64,000 nucleotides of DNA from Candidatus Latescibacterota bacterium. Lineage in GTDB: Bacteria; Latescibacterota; UBA2968. The position numbers and the translations under genes were made by a program. The stretch spans positions 3,168,001-3,232,000 of the forward strand of contig OZ242311.1 in the NCBI GenBank assembly GCA_965207885.1, in the 5' to 3' direction. Position 1 is the first letter of the stretch; each line of letters begins with the position of its first letter. Positions 28,759 through 37,919 of this stretch are shown here, in pieces. A model generated the notes under the pieces. It was not told the DNA's origin and did no database searches. It saw only the letters and a list, made by a program, of their open reading frames with translations.

Positions 28759-31700
28759 TCACCACTCCTTCCTCCAGAACAACCCTACCGATCCTCGCCT
28801 GCGTCGATTCACCTCTTCTATCTGACTCGCTTCCAATATCACTTCTGGGAAGATCTCAAACTCCATCGCCGCTTCATAAGCCGTGCTCGAAAAATCCTGT
28901 GCATAACTTATAAACAACCTGTCCCCAATATACTTGCCCAATCTAATCCTGGGGAGAAGGCGGCCCTCGCCACTATCGATCTCCACCAGATCCAGACGCA
29001 ATTTTTGCCCAATGTGCCGCCCCAGGCGATTTGCAACAACCCCCGCAACCAGATCCAGCGTATGATCGCGGGAAAACGGAAAATGACCAGCCGGTCTCCC
29101 CGTCAACAGTAGAGATGCAATATTCCCCACATCCTCTCCAAGTGGCTGATCGCTGTCAATGTCAAACGAAATCTGCGGATACGTCAATGTTCCCGCCACT
29201 GTGACAATAATATCGACAGGTCCTGGCTTCTCGCCTACTGCAGTCACAGCGCGCACGCGCGTCTCGGCGCGAATATCCAGATCGGGATTCCAGTCAGGTC
29301 TGCCCTGAAATTGAATTTCACCTCGTGTAATACGCAAGCGGCGGTTTTGCCAGATGTAATTGCCCTGGCGGCTTAACATCGTGCCATAAATACGCGAATC
29401 TTCGCGATTTTTTATCACATCCAGATCGCCCCCAATTTCCACCTCAAAGGCCGGGTCGCGCAACCACACCTGTCTGTCGGCAGACACTTGCAGGTGTATT
29501 TCCGGATCCCTCAGAAATGTCGGCATTTCCGGGCTCGGTTCTTCAAACAATTCCGTCAAGCGAATCTCCGCCTGTTTCGTCGCCAGGCTCGGTACTCCGA
29601 GCAATTCCGCCAGGCGAATCTCTGCCTGTTTCATCGCCAATTTGCCCACAACTTTGATGCCCTGCAGCGTTCCCGTGATCTGCAATTGACCATCCGTCAC
29701 AAGTTGTAGTTCGGGCAGGGCAACTGGTTCAAAATCGCGGAATTGCGCAGATAAATTCCATTTGCTCGGCAAAAAACCCTCAAGCATTATGTCACCTGAA
29801 AGATTCGCCGAAGTCCCAATCGCAAGACTGTCAATCTGAATTTTTCCGTCGCCAATCACAGCACGTCCCGAAACAGGCGTGTAAGACCGATGCAGATCGG
29901 GCAGGTGGAATACCCCATTTCGAATTTCGATCTCTCCCCGAATGTCCGGTTGCTCAAAACGACCGCGCGCCTCCAGATCGAACGATAACATCCCTGAAAT
30001 CCCCTCATCGACACCAAAAAACGCGTTTGAGATTGTGCCAAATGTCAATCTATCGGATCGTTTTATTCCGACCAATTCTGTTTTTTCATCCGATAGGTTC
30101 GGGCGCGTCCTCAGCGCGATCCCCTCAGATCGAGCGCGCAGGTGCATATCACCTGTACCTGCAATGGGAAAACTGCCAAACAGAGCCAGCACCTCATTTC
30201 CATCGGGTACGACTTTCACCTCAAAGTGTATCCTGTCATTGCCCAGGGACATCTCTCCTGCGGCACTATCAAATCCCACACCCGATATTTTGCCCTTTGC
30301 AAGAGCGAAATGAATAAAAATAAGAGGATCGGTCAATGTGCCAGCAAAAAGCACTTCACCATTGAGAATACCCTCCATACCTGAAGCACCCGCCAGAAAT
30401 GCCCAGGGGCGCAAATCCAAATCTTTTAACAATACCTCTACAGTCGCCTGAAAACCCTGTTGATCCCGCGCAATCAGACGCCCCGCTGGGCCAGAAAGCA
30501 CCAGATGCCCGATGTGAACGCCCCGAGATGGCGAATACGCAAATCGAACAGGCCCTTCGTTGTGCAGCACGACCTGATCGACCTTAACGTACAGCGAATC
30601 CATTGCCACCTGGAAATGATCTTCTTTTTGCCCTGCGCGCCCCTGAAAAAGGACCCGGTCATCTACTTGCGCGCCGTTACCCAACAAAAATGATGTTTCG
30701 CCATGTGCGTACACCGCCTCGAAAAACACCTCTTGCAATGAACGTTCACCCCAGGTCAAGCGATCCACTTGCAGGTTAACAGCACCCGAATCAGGCCGCG
30801 CCCACTGCGTCTCTATCGTAAGATTTTGTATTGGAATGTCCGCTACGACGAGGCTATCTGCGCCACCTTGTGCAGAAAAACCGGGCGTATCCAACGTTCC
30901 CGACCATGTGCCCGATAGGGCCAACGTCCCCGATAAATCCACACCCACCACCTCACCTATCGCCTCTAAATCCCGTACATTCATCAGCCATTGGCCCTCG
31001 GAATGCCGATCAATATGCCCCTGAGTGGAAAACACCCCACCCGTCCCCGACAGATTCGCGCGAATATCAGATCGTCCCTCAGAATTGACCAATGCAGAAA
31101 TGTGCAAACTATCAGCCGCGGCATTGCCCGTGATATTTCCCCTCAATTCAACGGTCAAATCGTCACCTGTGATGCCATCCACATTTCCAGCAAGCGCCAG
31201 CGATGTACCCCATCTGTTTGTACCCGTTAAATGTGGCAACGCCACCTCCGCCTGAACATTCCCCGCAATAGCTGGCTTTTCTCCTTCAAAATGCAACTGC
31301 CCATTTCCATTGACGCGCGTTCCCCAATTCTGCAATTGTGTCTCAAAATGATCGATAAAAAGCTGTTGATCTACATATCTCGCACCATCAATACGCCCCG
31401 TCACGCGCCCGACTTTTTTGGGCACACCGGGTAAATGTTCAGCATATAGATCGCGGAATCGCATTTCCCATTTCCCATCCCAGGTGGTCAACCGCGCATC
31501 CCCATTGCCCACTATATTGCCACTTGGCCCATTAGCAGTGACCTGCGTTCGCACCAGATCATTTGCCAAATTGACAGCAAAACGCACGGAATCGAATCGC
31601 GCATCCCCAAACTGCACGCGTCGAAAAACACCCCCAGCAACGGCATTTTCTACGCCAGAGGAATCCACCGCGAAAGTGATCATCCCATCCAGACTTGTAC

Positions 31701-32640
31701 TGATACGGGGTAAATCAGTATCAAATTCTGTATATCCCAACGAAATGAGGTCATTGGTCTCGATCTTAAAAATAGCGTCTCCGCGCACTTCAAACGGCGC
31801 AATCCCCATGACGCCATTAAACGCAATTGAAATTTCTTCATCTTTCACAACCAATTCTGTAACAAGGGATTGCAAGTTGCCCTTCACGTTTCCACGCATC
31901 TGCATAGCGCGTGTGGGTAGATCGACCAGATTTCTGAGATCTGCCAGCCATAGAGAATCGGCTTCCACAACGAGATCTACCTCGGGGTTATCCAGTTGCC
32001 GCACTGATCCACGCAGCAAAATGCGAGAGCCGTGGGTGTGCAACGCCACATCGTTTAATTGCAAGTGATCGGCCTGTAAAATGGCAATACCAGACAGATT
32101 GGTCACCTCCAGTGGCGGATCGAATTGCACCGAGCGAAAACGCTCCAGGATCAAACGGCACTTAGATTCTCCCGCGAAAATAGCGCCCTTTAGCGAGATA
32201 TCGCGCACCTGTGTATCTCCAACTACAACATTGGCATTCGCAATCTCCAGCGATTCGATAGCTAAATCCAGGGGTAGCGGAACATCCCACCTCGGCGTCT
32301 CGGTCTCTTCGTCAGAAGCATCGATCCTCACCTCAATCCCCGACAACCTCAGTTGATGAAACACAGCCTTCCCTGTTAGCAGATCCCAAAAACTGTACTC
32401 TACATCAAGCGTATCCACCTGCACCCAATCTCCGACCTGTATATCCACGATGCGACAATCTCCCAGTGGATTGCCCTGAACCTCGCCAATCAGACAGACA
32501 TCATCCCCTTGCCAGGCGCGTTGCGCCAACCCGCGCAAAATACCATTGGCATAGCCACCCGCGACGAGTATTGCTCCTACCGCCAGCACAATGCCTGCGC
32601 TGACCAGTATCCAGATTATTGATTTTGTTCGCCTGTTCAT
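28759..32640 (-). CDS. tamB: Translocation and assembly module TamB/AsmA-like protein
   Basis: N-terminal TM anchor, long beta-rich body, C-terminal NPDLDIRA, V.GTL..P.I and RLGKYI.DRLFISY; downstream of an Omp85 gene. Confidence 0.8.
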   Translation of the reverse strand: MNRRTKSIIWILVSAGIVLAVGAILVAGGYANGILRGLAQRAWQGDDVCLIGEVQGNPLGDCRIVDIQVGDWVQVDTLDVEYSFWDLLTGKAVFHQLRLSGIEVRIDASDEETETPRWDVPLPLDLAIESLEIANANVVVGDTQVRDISLKGAIFAGESKCRLILERFRSVQFDPPLEVTNLSGIAILQADHLQLNDVALHTHGSRILLRGSVRQLDNPEVDLVVEADSLWLADLRNLVDLPTRAMQMRGNVKGNLQSLVTELVVKDEEISIAFNGVMGIAPFEVRGDAIFKIETNDLISLGYTEFDTDLPRISTSLDGMITFAVDSSGVENAVAGGVFRRVQFGDARFDSVRFAVNLANDLVRTQVTANGPSGNIVGNGDARLTTWDGKWEMRFRDLYAEHLPGVPKKVGRVTGRIDGARYVDQQLFIDHFETQLQNWGTRVNGNGQLHFEGEKPAIAGNVQAEVALPHLTGTNRWGTSLALAGNVDGITGDDLTVELRGNITGNAAADSLHISALVNSEGRSDIRANLSGTGGVFSTQGHIDRHSEGQWLMNVRDLEAIGEVVGVDLSGTLALSGTWSGTLDTPGFSAQGGADSLVVADIPIQNLTIETQWARPDSGAVNLQVDRLTWGERSLQEVFFEAVYAHGETSFLLGNGAQVDDRVLFQGRAGQKEDHFQVAMDSLYVKVDQVVLHNEGPVRFAYSPSRGVHIGHLVLSGPAGRLIARDQQGFQATVEVLLKDLDLRPWAFLAGASGMEGILNGEVLFAGTLTDPLIFIHFALAKGKISGVGFDSAAGEMSLGNDRIHFEVKVVPDGNEVLALFGSFPIAGTGDMHLRARSEGIALRTRPNLSDEKTELVGIKRSDRLTFGTISNAFFGVDEGISGMLSFDLEARGRFEQPDIRGEIEIRNGVFHLPDLHRSYTPVSGRAVIGDGKIQIDSLAIGTSANLSGDIMLEGFLPSKWNLSAQFRDFEPVALPELQLVTDGQLQITGTLQGIKVVGKLAMKQAEIRLAELLGVPSLATKQAEIRLTELFEEPSPEMPTFLRDPEIHLQVSADRQVWLRDPAFEVEIGGDLDVIKNREDSRIYGTMLSRQGNYIWQNRRLRITRGEIQFQGRPDWNPDLDIRAETRVRAVTAVGEKPGPVDIIVTVAGTLTYPQISFDIDSDQPLGEDVGNIASLLLTGRPAGHFPFSRDHTLDLVAGVVANRLGRHIGQKLRLDLVEIDSGEGRLLPRIRLGKYIGDRLFISYAQDFSSTAYEAAMEFEIFPEVILEASQIEEVNRRRRGSVGLFWRKEW

Positions 32641-32665
32641 TTTAAGCGATACCAGTCTCTACGAT

Positions 32666-34432
32666 TCAAAACGCCTGTCCCAAACTAATGTGATACTGAA
32701 TTCGTTTCGTCACAGTACTATCATCTGACATACGGTAGCCCACATCAAATCTCACGGGACCAACCGGACTCAAATATCGAAGCCCTGCGCCTACGGCATA
32801 CTTAAGCGATCCGGGATTAAACGCTCCCGATTTCGCATCGACATTGCCCACATCTACAAAAATGGCTGTACCCAGTGAAAAAAATATCTGCGTTCTAATC
32901 TCCATGCTCATTTCTACGCGACTCAAACCGCCCGTTGGATTGCCCTCGTGGTCTTTTGGCCCCAATTCATTCAGTCCCCACCCTCGCACACTATTGAGTC
33001 CCCCCGCAAAAAAACGTTCGACATTGGGCACACCCCCCGCCTTCCCCAGTTCAAAAATCATGCCACCCTGCACGCGCAGTGCCAGCACACTTCGCAAGGG
33101 TATGCGGCGAAACCATCGTCCCTCTGCCGTTGCCTGCAAAAATTCGCTATCGGATCTGAAAAACCGCCCGCGTTCGCGCACTGTGAACTGTGCGAGCATA
33201 CCCGATTGCGGGTCAAAAATATCGTCGCGAGTGTCCATGAGCAACCCGACCTCCATCTCGGCAAACGCACTATCGGCCGAAAAATCAACCACACCACCGC
33301 TGAACTGAGCGATCAAATCCGCCGTCGTTGTAATATTTCGTTCAAGAGATAGATTTCCCCCCAACTCATCCTGCACAAACGCTGCCTGCCGTTCGCGCTG
33401 CACAAACCCGCTGATATTCAACCAATTGTTGCTGTTGATAAAATACGGCTGCCGCAGGCCCAGCACTGTTTCCCTATTGTTCCCGGAAATCCGCCCAGAC
33501 AGTTTGAGCTGACGAGCACCCCCACCAAAATTGCGGTGGGTCCACGCCCCCGATACCCACAAGTCTTCATCCGTATCATATCCCGCACCCAGGCGCAGCG
33601 CTTGAAAAGGTCGCTCAGACACGCGCACATCTACATCTACCCGATTTTCAGAGCTATCCTTTAAGGCCAGAGCTACAGACCGGAACACCCCTGCGCGGTA
33701 GAGCAGATGTTGACTCTTCTGCAACGCCTCTTCGTTGAATAGCTCGCCCGATTGAAATGTCAATCCGCGCGAAATGGTGTTCTCCGACACGGCTTTGTTG
33801 CCCGATATGTGAACAGTACCCAGAGAACATACGGGACCAGATGTGAGTTTTAGAACGAGTTCGGCTTGTTGCGCCACAATCGTCGTCTCGACCTCGGCTC
33901 GCACAAACGCATAGCCCTTATTCCGCAACCCGCTTACAACCCGCGATACGCTCCTATCTACGATGTCGCGCGATAGTGGCTTACCTTCGAGCTGTCCAAA
34001 AGCATTCTCACTATCTTCATTGCCAATTACCGACGTCTTGGAAATTCGTGTCAAAGGTCCCTCTGTAATGTGTACCCCCAGTCCCATCTCATCTGCGCCA
34101 AGTTGCTCAACGGTCAAATGTACTGCAACTGCTAAATATCCCAAATCGCGGTAATATGCTCGCAATTTTTCCAGATCAGATGCAAGGGCCAAAGGATCGT
34201 ATCTACGCGCCTGGACCCAGGGTAGAAAATCGTACCATGGCGAAGCGCGCGTGACCATCAGCGCTTTCAGTTCCCCCCCCCAAATCGCCCGATGACCCGA
34301 AATGTGTAGCCATCTCACAATGGGATCATCAGATGGCGTTTCCCCACGAGCTGGCACAACGACCATTAGAGCGGCCAGTATAAAATAGGCCCTCAATTTG
34401 AGGACCTTATTTTCTATCAGTTTTTCATCCAT
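32666..34432 (-). CDS. tamA: Omp85/TamA family outer-membrane protein
   Basis: POTRA-like repeats (YYRDLGY, LRNKGY), ERFFAGGLNSVRGW, GAGLRYLSPVGPVRFDVG, C-terminal ISLGQAF. Confidence 0.85.
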   Translation of the reverse strand: MDEKLIENKVLKLRAYFILAALMVVVPARGETPSDDPIVRWLHISGHRAIWGGELKALMVTRASPWYDFLPWVQARRYDPLALASDLEKLRAYYRDLGYLAVAVHLTVEQLGADEMGLGVHITEGPLTRISKTSVIGNEDSENAFGQLEGKPLSRDIVDRSVSRVVSGLRNKGYAFVRAEVETTIVAQQAELVLKLTSGPVCSLGTVHISGNKAVSENTISRGLTFQSGELFNEEALQKSQHLLYRAGVFRSVALALKDSSENRVDVDVRVSERPFQALRLGAGYDTDEDLWVSGAWTHRNFGGGARQLKLSGRISGNNRETVLGLRQPYFINSNNWLNISGFVQRERQAAFVQDELGGNLSLERNITTTADLIAQFSGGVVDFSADSAFAEMEVGLLMDTRDDIFDPQSGMLAQFTVRERGRFFRSDSEFLQATAEGRWFRRIPLRSVLALRVQGGMIFELGKAGGVPNVERFFAGGLNSVRGWGLNELGPKDHEGNPTGGLSRVEMSMEIRTQIFFSLGTAIFVDVGNVDAKSGAFNPGSLKYAVGAGLRYLSPVGPVRFDVGYRMSDDSTVTKRIQYHISLGQAF

Positions 34433-34437
34433 GAGAT

Positions 34438-35853
34438 CTATATTTCTCCAACCCGATGCAATTTTAGCAAATTGGTCTCTGCCCGCGCCGTGATGGGCGC
34501 ACCAGCCAGGATCACCAGTGTATCTCCAAAACGCACATTGCCCTCAGAGAGCAACCGCGCTTCAACTTCGGCTACCATGCGATCCGTATCGTCGATCAGC
34601 GTAATTTGACGGGGTTCAACGCCCCAGCACAAGCACAACCGCCGACATATCCTCGCGCTGGGCGTAAATGCAATAATCAGCGTGCGCGGTCTGCGCTTTG
34701 AAATCAGACGCGCTGTGGATCCCGATTGGGTAAATGCGACAATGGCTTTGGGAGATACCGCTGTCGATACCGCAGCGGCAGCTTGTCCAATCGCATCGGG
34801 AAAAGAGAGCGATGAATCCAGATTCAAAATTGGCGGAGCCAATTCCACACTCGCTTCGGCCTTTTCAATAATCCGCGCCATCATCTGCACGGTTTGAACG
34901 GGATATTTGCCAATCGCGGTCTCGCCAGACAGCATCGCCGCATCGGTGCCGTCAAAAATCGCATTGGCCACATCTGACGCTTCGGCGCGCGTGGGCCGCG
35001 GATGATCGGTCATCGACTCCAGCATCTGCGTGGCCGTAATCACGAATACCCCTGCACGGTTGGCCGCCGAAATCACGCGCTTCTGGATCACTGGCACATC
35101 TTCAGGTGATAATTCTACGCCCAGATCGCCCCGCGCAACCATCACGCCATCGGCAACATCGAGAATATCTTCGAGGTGATCGACAGCTTCGGCGCGTTCC
35201 AGCTTTGCAATAACCGGGATCTCTTTCTCTGCCCGTTCAATAATATGTTGAACCTCTCGCACATCGTCGGGTTCCCGCACAAAAGACAGAGCAATATAAT
35301 CCACACCCAATTCGATTCCCAGGTCCAGGTCCTCTCGATCTTTGGTCGTCAGAGAAGGTGCGCTGACCTGTACCCCGGGCAAGTTGATGCCCTTATTGGA
35401 TTTTAACAGCCCGCCCACCACAACCTCACACACGACATCCGAGCCATAGACCTCGCGCACCATCAACTCGATATGCCCGTCATCGAGCAAAATGCGGTCC
35501 GCGGGCTTCACATCTCGGGGCAATCTCGCATAAGTTGTCGATACACACTCGGCATCGCCCGGAACTTCGCGGGTCGTCACTGTCAGCCTGTCGCCTTCCT
35601 GCAATTCAATCGGATCCTCTGCGAGTTTCCCCACCCGCATTTTTGGACCCTGCAAATCCTGCAAAATGGCGATACTGCGCTGCATGTTATCCGCTATCTG
35701 CCGAATGCGCCCAACATTCTTCGCGTGTTCATCTCGCGTCCCGTGTGAAAAATTGAGCCGAAAAACATCCACCCCCGCCCCAATCAGTTGCTCTATCACG
35801 CGCTCCGATGAACTCGCAGGACCCAGTGTACTCACAATTTTCGCTCTGCGCAT
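34438..35853 (-). CDS. pyk: Pyruvate kinase
   Basis: KIVSTLGPAS, RLNFSHG, DLQGPKMR, AKLE, MVARGDLGVE, TQMLESM, PTRAEASDVANA, MLSGETA. Confidence 0.98.
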   Translation of the reverse strand: MRRAKIVSTLGPASSSERVIEQLIGAGVDVFRLNFSHGTRDEHAKNVGRIRQIADNMQRSIAILQDLQGPKMRVGKLAEDPIELQEGDRLTVTTREVPGDAECVSTTYARLPRDVKPADRILLDDGHIELMVREVYGSDVVCEVVVGGLLKSNKGINLPGVQVSAPSLTTKDREDLDLGIELGVDYIALSFVREPDDVREVQHIIERAEKEIPVIAKLERAEAVDHLEDILDVADGVMVARGDLGVELSPEDVPVIQKRVISAANRAGVFVITATQMLESMTDHPRPTRAEASDVANAIFDGTDAAMLSGETAIGKYPVQTVQMMARIIEKAEASVELAPPILNLDSSLSFPDAIGQAAAAVSTAVSPKAIVAFTQSGSTARLISKRRPRTLIIAFTPSARICRRLCLCWGVEPRQITLIDDTDRMVAEVEARLLSEGNVRFGDTLVILAGAPITARAETNLLKLHRVGEI

Positions 35854-36041
35854 GTTTTACCTTTTCAGCGGTTAATTCAGCCTTACCTATCACACATTTA
35901 CTTTTCAATAATACGACGCTCAGTCAAACACATCAAATGTTTTTCATATAAAATAGTTTAACAAAAATAAAAAATCCCCACAAAATCAATTGAAGTTGTG
36001 GGGCTAAATAGCTGGTGGACAAACATATAGATGGAATACTT

Positions 36042-36650
36042 TCAGCAAAACTCCTTCCCCAACCGATAAGCTCGTGCGAGATTCTCGAGCCTTACACTTT
36101 CTTCGCCTTCTGCCATCCCTCCCAACACAATCATATCCGCCCGTGCCACACCTATATCAGGACGAAGGCGATCATTGAGATAAATACACCTCATACTCTC
36201 TAAGATACCAGTTTCTTCGAGATGCTCGCATGTGTGACCCGCAGTACACAGGACCAACGCCCTATTAATCTGGAGTCCAGATATCGGATATTCCTCATTC
36301 TCATACACATACGTATATCCACAGACACAGACCCGATCAAACCATCCCTTCAATTTTGCCGGACAATCACTCCACCAAACTGGAAAGATGAACACCAGGC
36401 CATCGGCCTTCTCGATCTTTGCGTGTTCAGCCTGCACATCAGATGGAACGGGCAAATCCGGACGATTACCATACACATTCATCTCCCGGTTGTATTCGTC
36501 CAGACTCATATCGGTCCTGAAATCCATTTCGTACAAATCGCCTATCTGATATGAGTGGCCTCTATCCTCCAACCCACGGCAAAACTCTGCCAGCACATCA
36601 CCCGTAAAAGATTGCTTACTCGGATGAGCGAAGACGACGTAAACATGCAT
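36042..36650 (-). CDS. NAD(P)H-dependent oxidoreductase, flavodoxin-like fold
   Basis: VVFAHPSKQSFT, DLYEMDF, FPVWWSDCPAKLKGWFDRV. Start set at MHVYVV (36650). Confidence 0.9.
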   Translation of the reverse strand: MHVYVVFAHPSKQSFTGDVLAEFCRGLEDRGHSYQIGDLYEMDFRTDMSLDEYNREMNVYGNRPDLPVPSDVQAEHAKIEKADGLVFIFPVWWSDCPAKLKGWFDRVCVCGYTYVYENEEYPISGLQINRALVLCTAGHTCEHLEETGILESMRCIYLNDRLRPDIGVARADMIVLGGMAEGEESVRLENLARAYRLGKEFC

Positions 36651-36691
36651 GCTGTTTTCCGATCTTTGGATACATAGAAATCTGAACCACC

Positions 36692-37417
36692 CTAAGGCAT
36701 CAGGCCATTCGCAATCCTTTCGATTGTGCAATGCATATTCTCATCTACCATACGCGAGAGAATATGGTCAGACAATGCCTCAATAAATTCTTCTCTGCAT
36801 TCCGCCTTTGCTCCAGGATTTAGTTCACAAAGCCACTGCTTTTTATAGTTCAATCCATCCTGATTCGCTGGAATTTCGACGTGTTTTTCAATACTACCGA
36901 CCGCCAGGTTGAAATTTTCTTTTCCATCCCAGGAACTTGTAACGGGAAAACCATCTTTTTGCAATGATTCAGGCCATGTGATATCTACTACGACCTCGCG
37001 ATGATCAATTTCAATTTTCAGGAAGTTATGAACATCCCAAATTCCTTCCTCTGGGATTTTTTCTCCAACCCTTCTTGGTATCCAGTCAACATGAGGCGTG
37101 ATTCTACATTGAGCCATGTAGAAGCGAGAAACATAACCAAGCGACGTTAATATCTCGTGCAGAGCAAGGTGTTTCCCAGAGCAAGTCCCCCGCCATTCTC
37201 TCAAGACATCCTCTGGTGTATTGTGTGTCGGACGGCCATAAGGTATATCGCGAATAGAAAATAAAATATGCCTGAGACCGGGCGCACAATCCACATTTTT
37301 ACACACCTGTTCTATTGCATCAGCAAAATCAAACCAGCCTCCCCCTCGGATTTTCAGGCATTCCAAATCGATATACATCTTAGAGATTTCCATTATGAAT
37401 GATAGAACAATAGCCAC
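36692..37417 (-). CDS. Hypothetical protein with a transglutaminase-like Cys-His-Asp triad
   Basis: IRDIPY, GTCSGKH, DVHNFLKI, VVDITW. Start uncertain (37417, 37393 or 37378). Confidence 0.62.
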   Translation of the reverse strand: MAIVLSFIMEISKMYIDLECLKIRGGGWFDFADAIEQVCKNVDCAPGLRHILFSIRDIPYGRPTHNTPEDVLREWRGTCSGKHLALHEILTSLGYVSRFYMAQCRITPHVDWIPRRVGEKIPEEGIWDVHNFLKIEIDHREVVVDITWPESLQKDGFPVTSSWDGKENFNLAVGSIEKHVEIPANQDGLNYKKQWLCELNPGAKAECREEFIEALSDHILSRMVDENMHCTIERIANGLMP

Positions 37418-37432
37418 CAGGCATCCTGTACT

Positions 37433-37479
37433 AAAAAAACCGAAACCTGATGGCCATTATCTCCGCCCTGGGGTTTCGG
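37433..37479 (-). terminator. Hairpin with U-tail (terminator-like)
   Basis: Minus strand CCGAAACC...GGTTTCGG followed by T7. Confidence 0.55.
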
Positions 37480-37635
37480 CTGAGGTTAGATTGTATCAAG
37501 TTGTAGTACAGCACGACGGGAAAGCTATTTGGGTGCATAACTTCATCTCGCCACTCAACATAAGCCTTGTTCATTGGTTATTCCGCAATATCTAAAAGAA
37601 GTTGGAAATATGCTCTTGCCTTTGCGGGGACATCC

Positions 37636-37719
37636 TCAAAGAAGCTGGCGAAATTCTTCCGCAGTTAATCCGGCATCTCTGACGATTCCCCCCATGGTGA
37701 AGGCATTCACTGGGTTATT
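37636..37719 (-). pseudogene. hicA: HicA-family toxin C-terminal remnant
   Basis: Translates NNPVNAFTMGGIVRDAGLTAEEFRQLL*, a typical HicA C-terminus; the N-terminal half with the catalytic His is missing. Confidence 0.75.
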
Positions 37720-37871
37720 TCATCGACGACATCGAGATATTCACATATTGCCGTCTTAATATTTGCGATTGCTTCCTTTTCGGTATTCCCTTGTGACCAA
37801 CAACCTGGTAAGCCAGGCACCGAAACGCTATAGCCTTCGTCGGATTTGTAAAGGGCAATTTTGTACCTCAT
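37707..37871 (-). CDS. hicB: HicB-family antitoxin, short and probably truncated (54 aa)
   Basis: MRYKIALYKSDEGYSVSVPGLPGCWSQGNTEKEAIANIKTAICEYLDVVDEITQ*; P.LPGC.SQG.T..EA..NI..AI is the HicB signature; GAGG SD. Not in the ORF track. Confidence 0.85.
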   Translation of the reverse strand: MRYKIALYKSDEGYSVSVPGLPGCWSQGNTEKEAIANIKTAICEYLDVVDEITQ

Positions 37872-37885
37872 TATGAACCTCGTCT

Positions 37886-37916
37886 TTCATCTGCGTTTAT
37901 CTGCGTACATCTGCGG
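37886..37916 (-). repeat. Tandem decamer CGCAGATNNA x3 just after the metH stop
   Basis: Minus strand CGCAGATGTA CGCAGATAAA CGCAGATGAA. Confidence 0.8.
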
Positions 37917-37919
37917 ATA

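Noticed and set aside
37430-37575. 47-codon minus-strand ORF (MNKAYVEW...) in the islet
   Set aside because: It runs through a terminator hairpin, has no clear SD and shows no recognisable motif.
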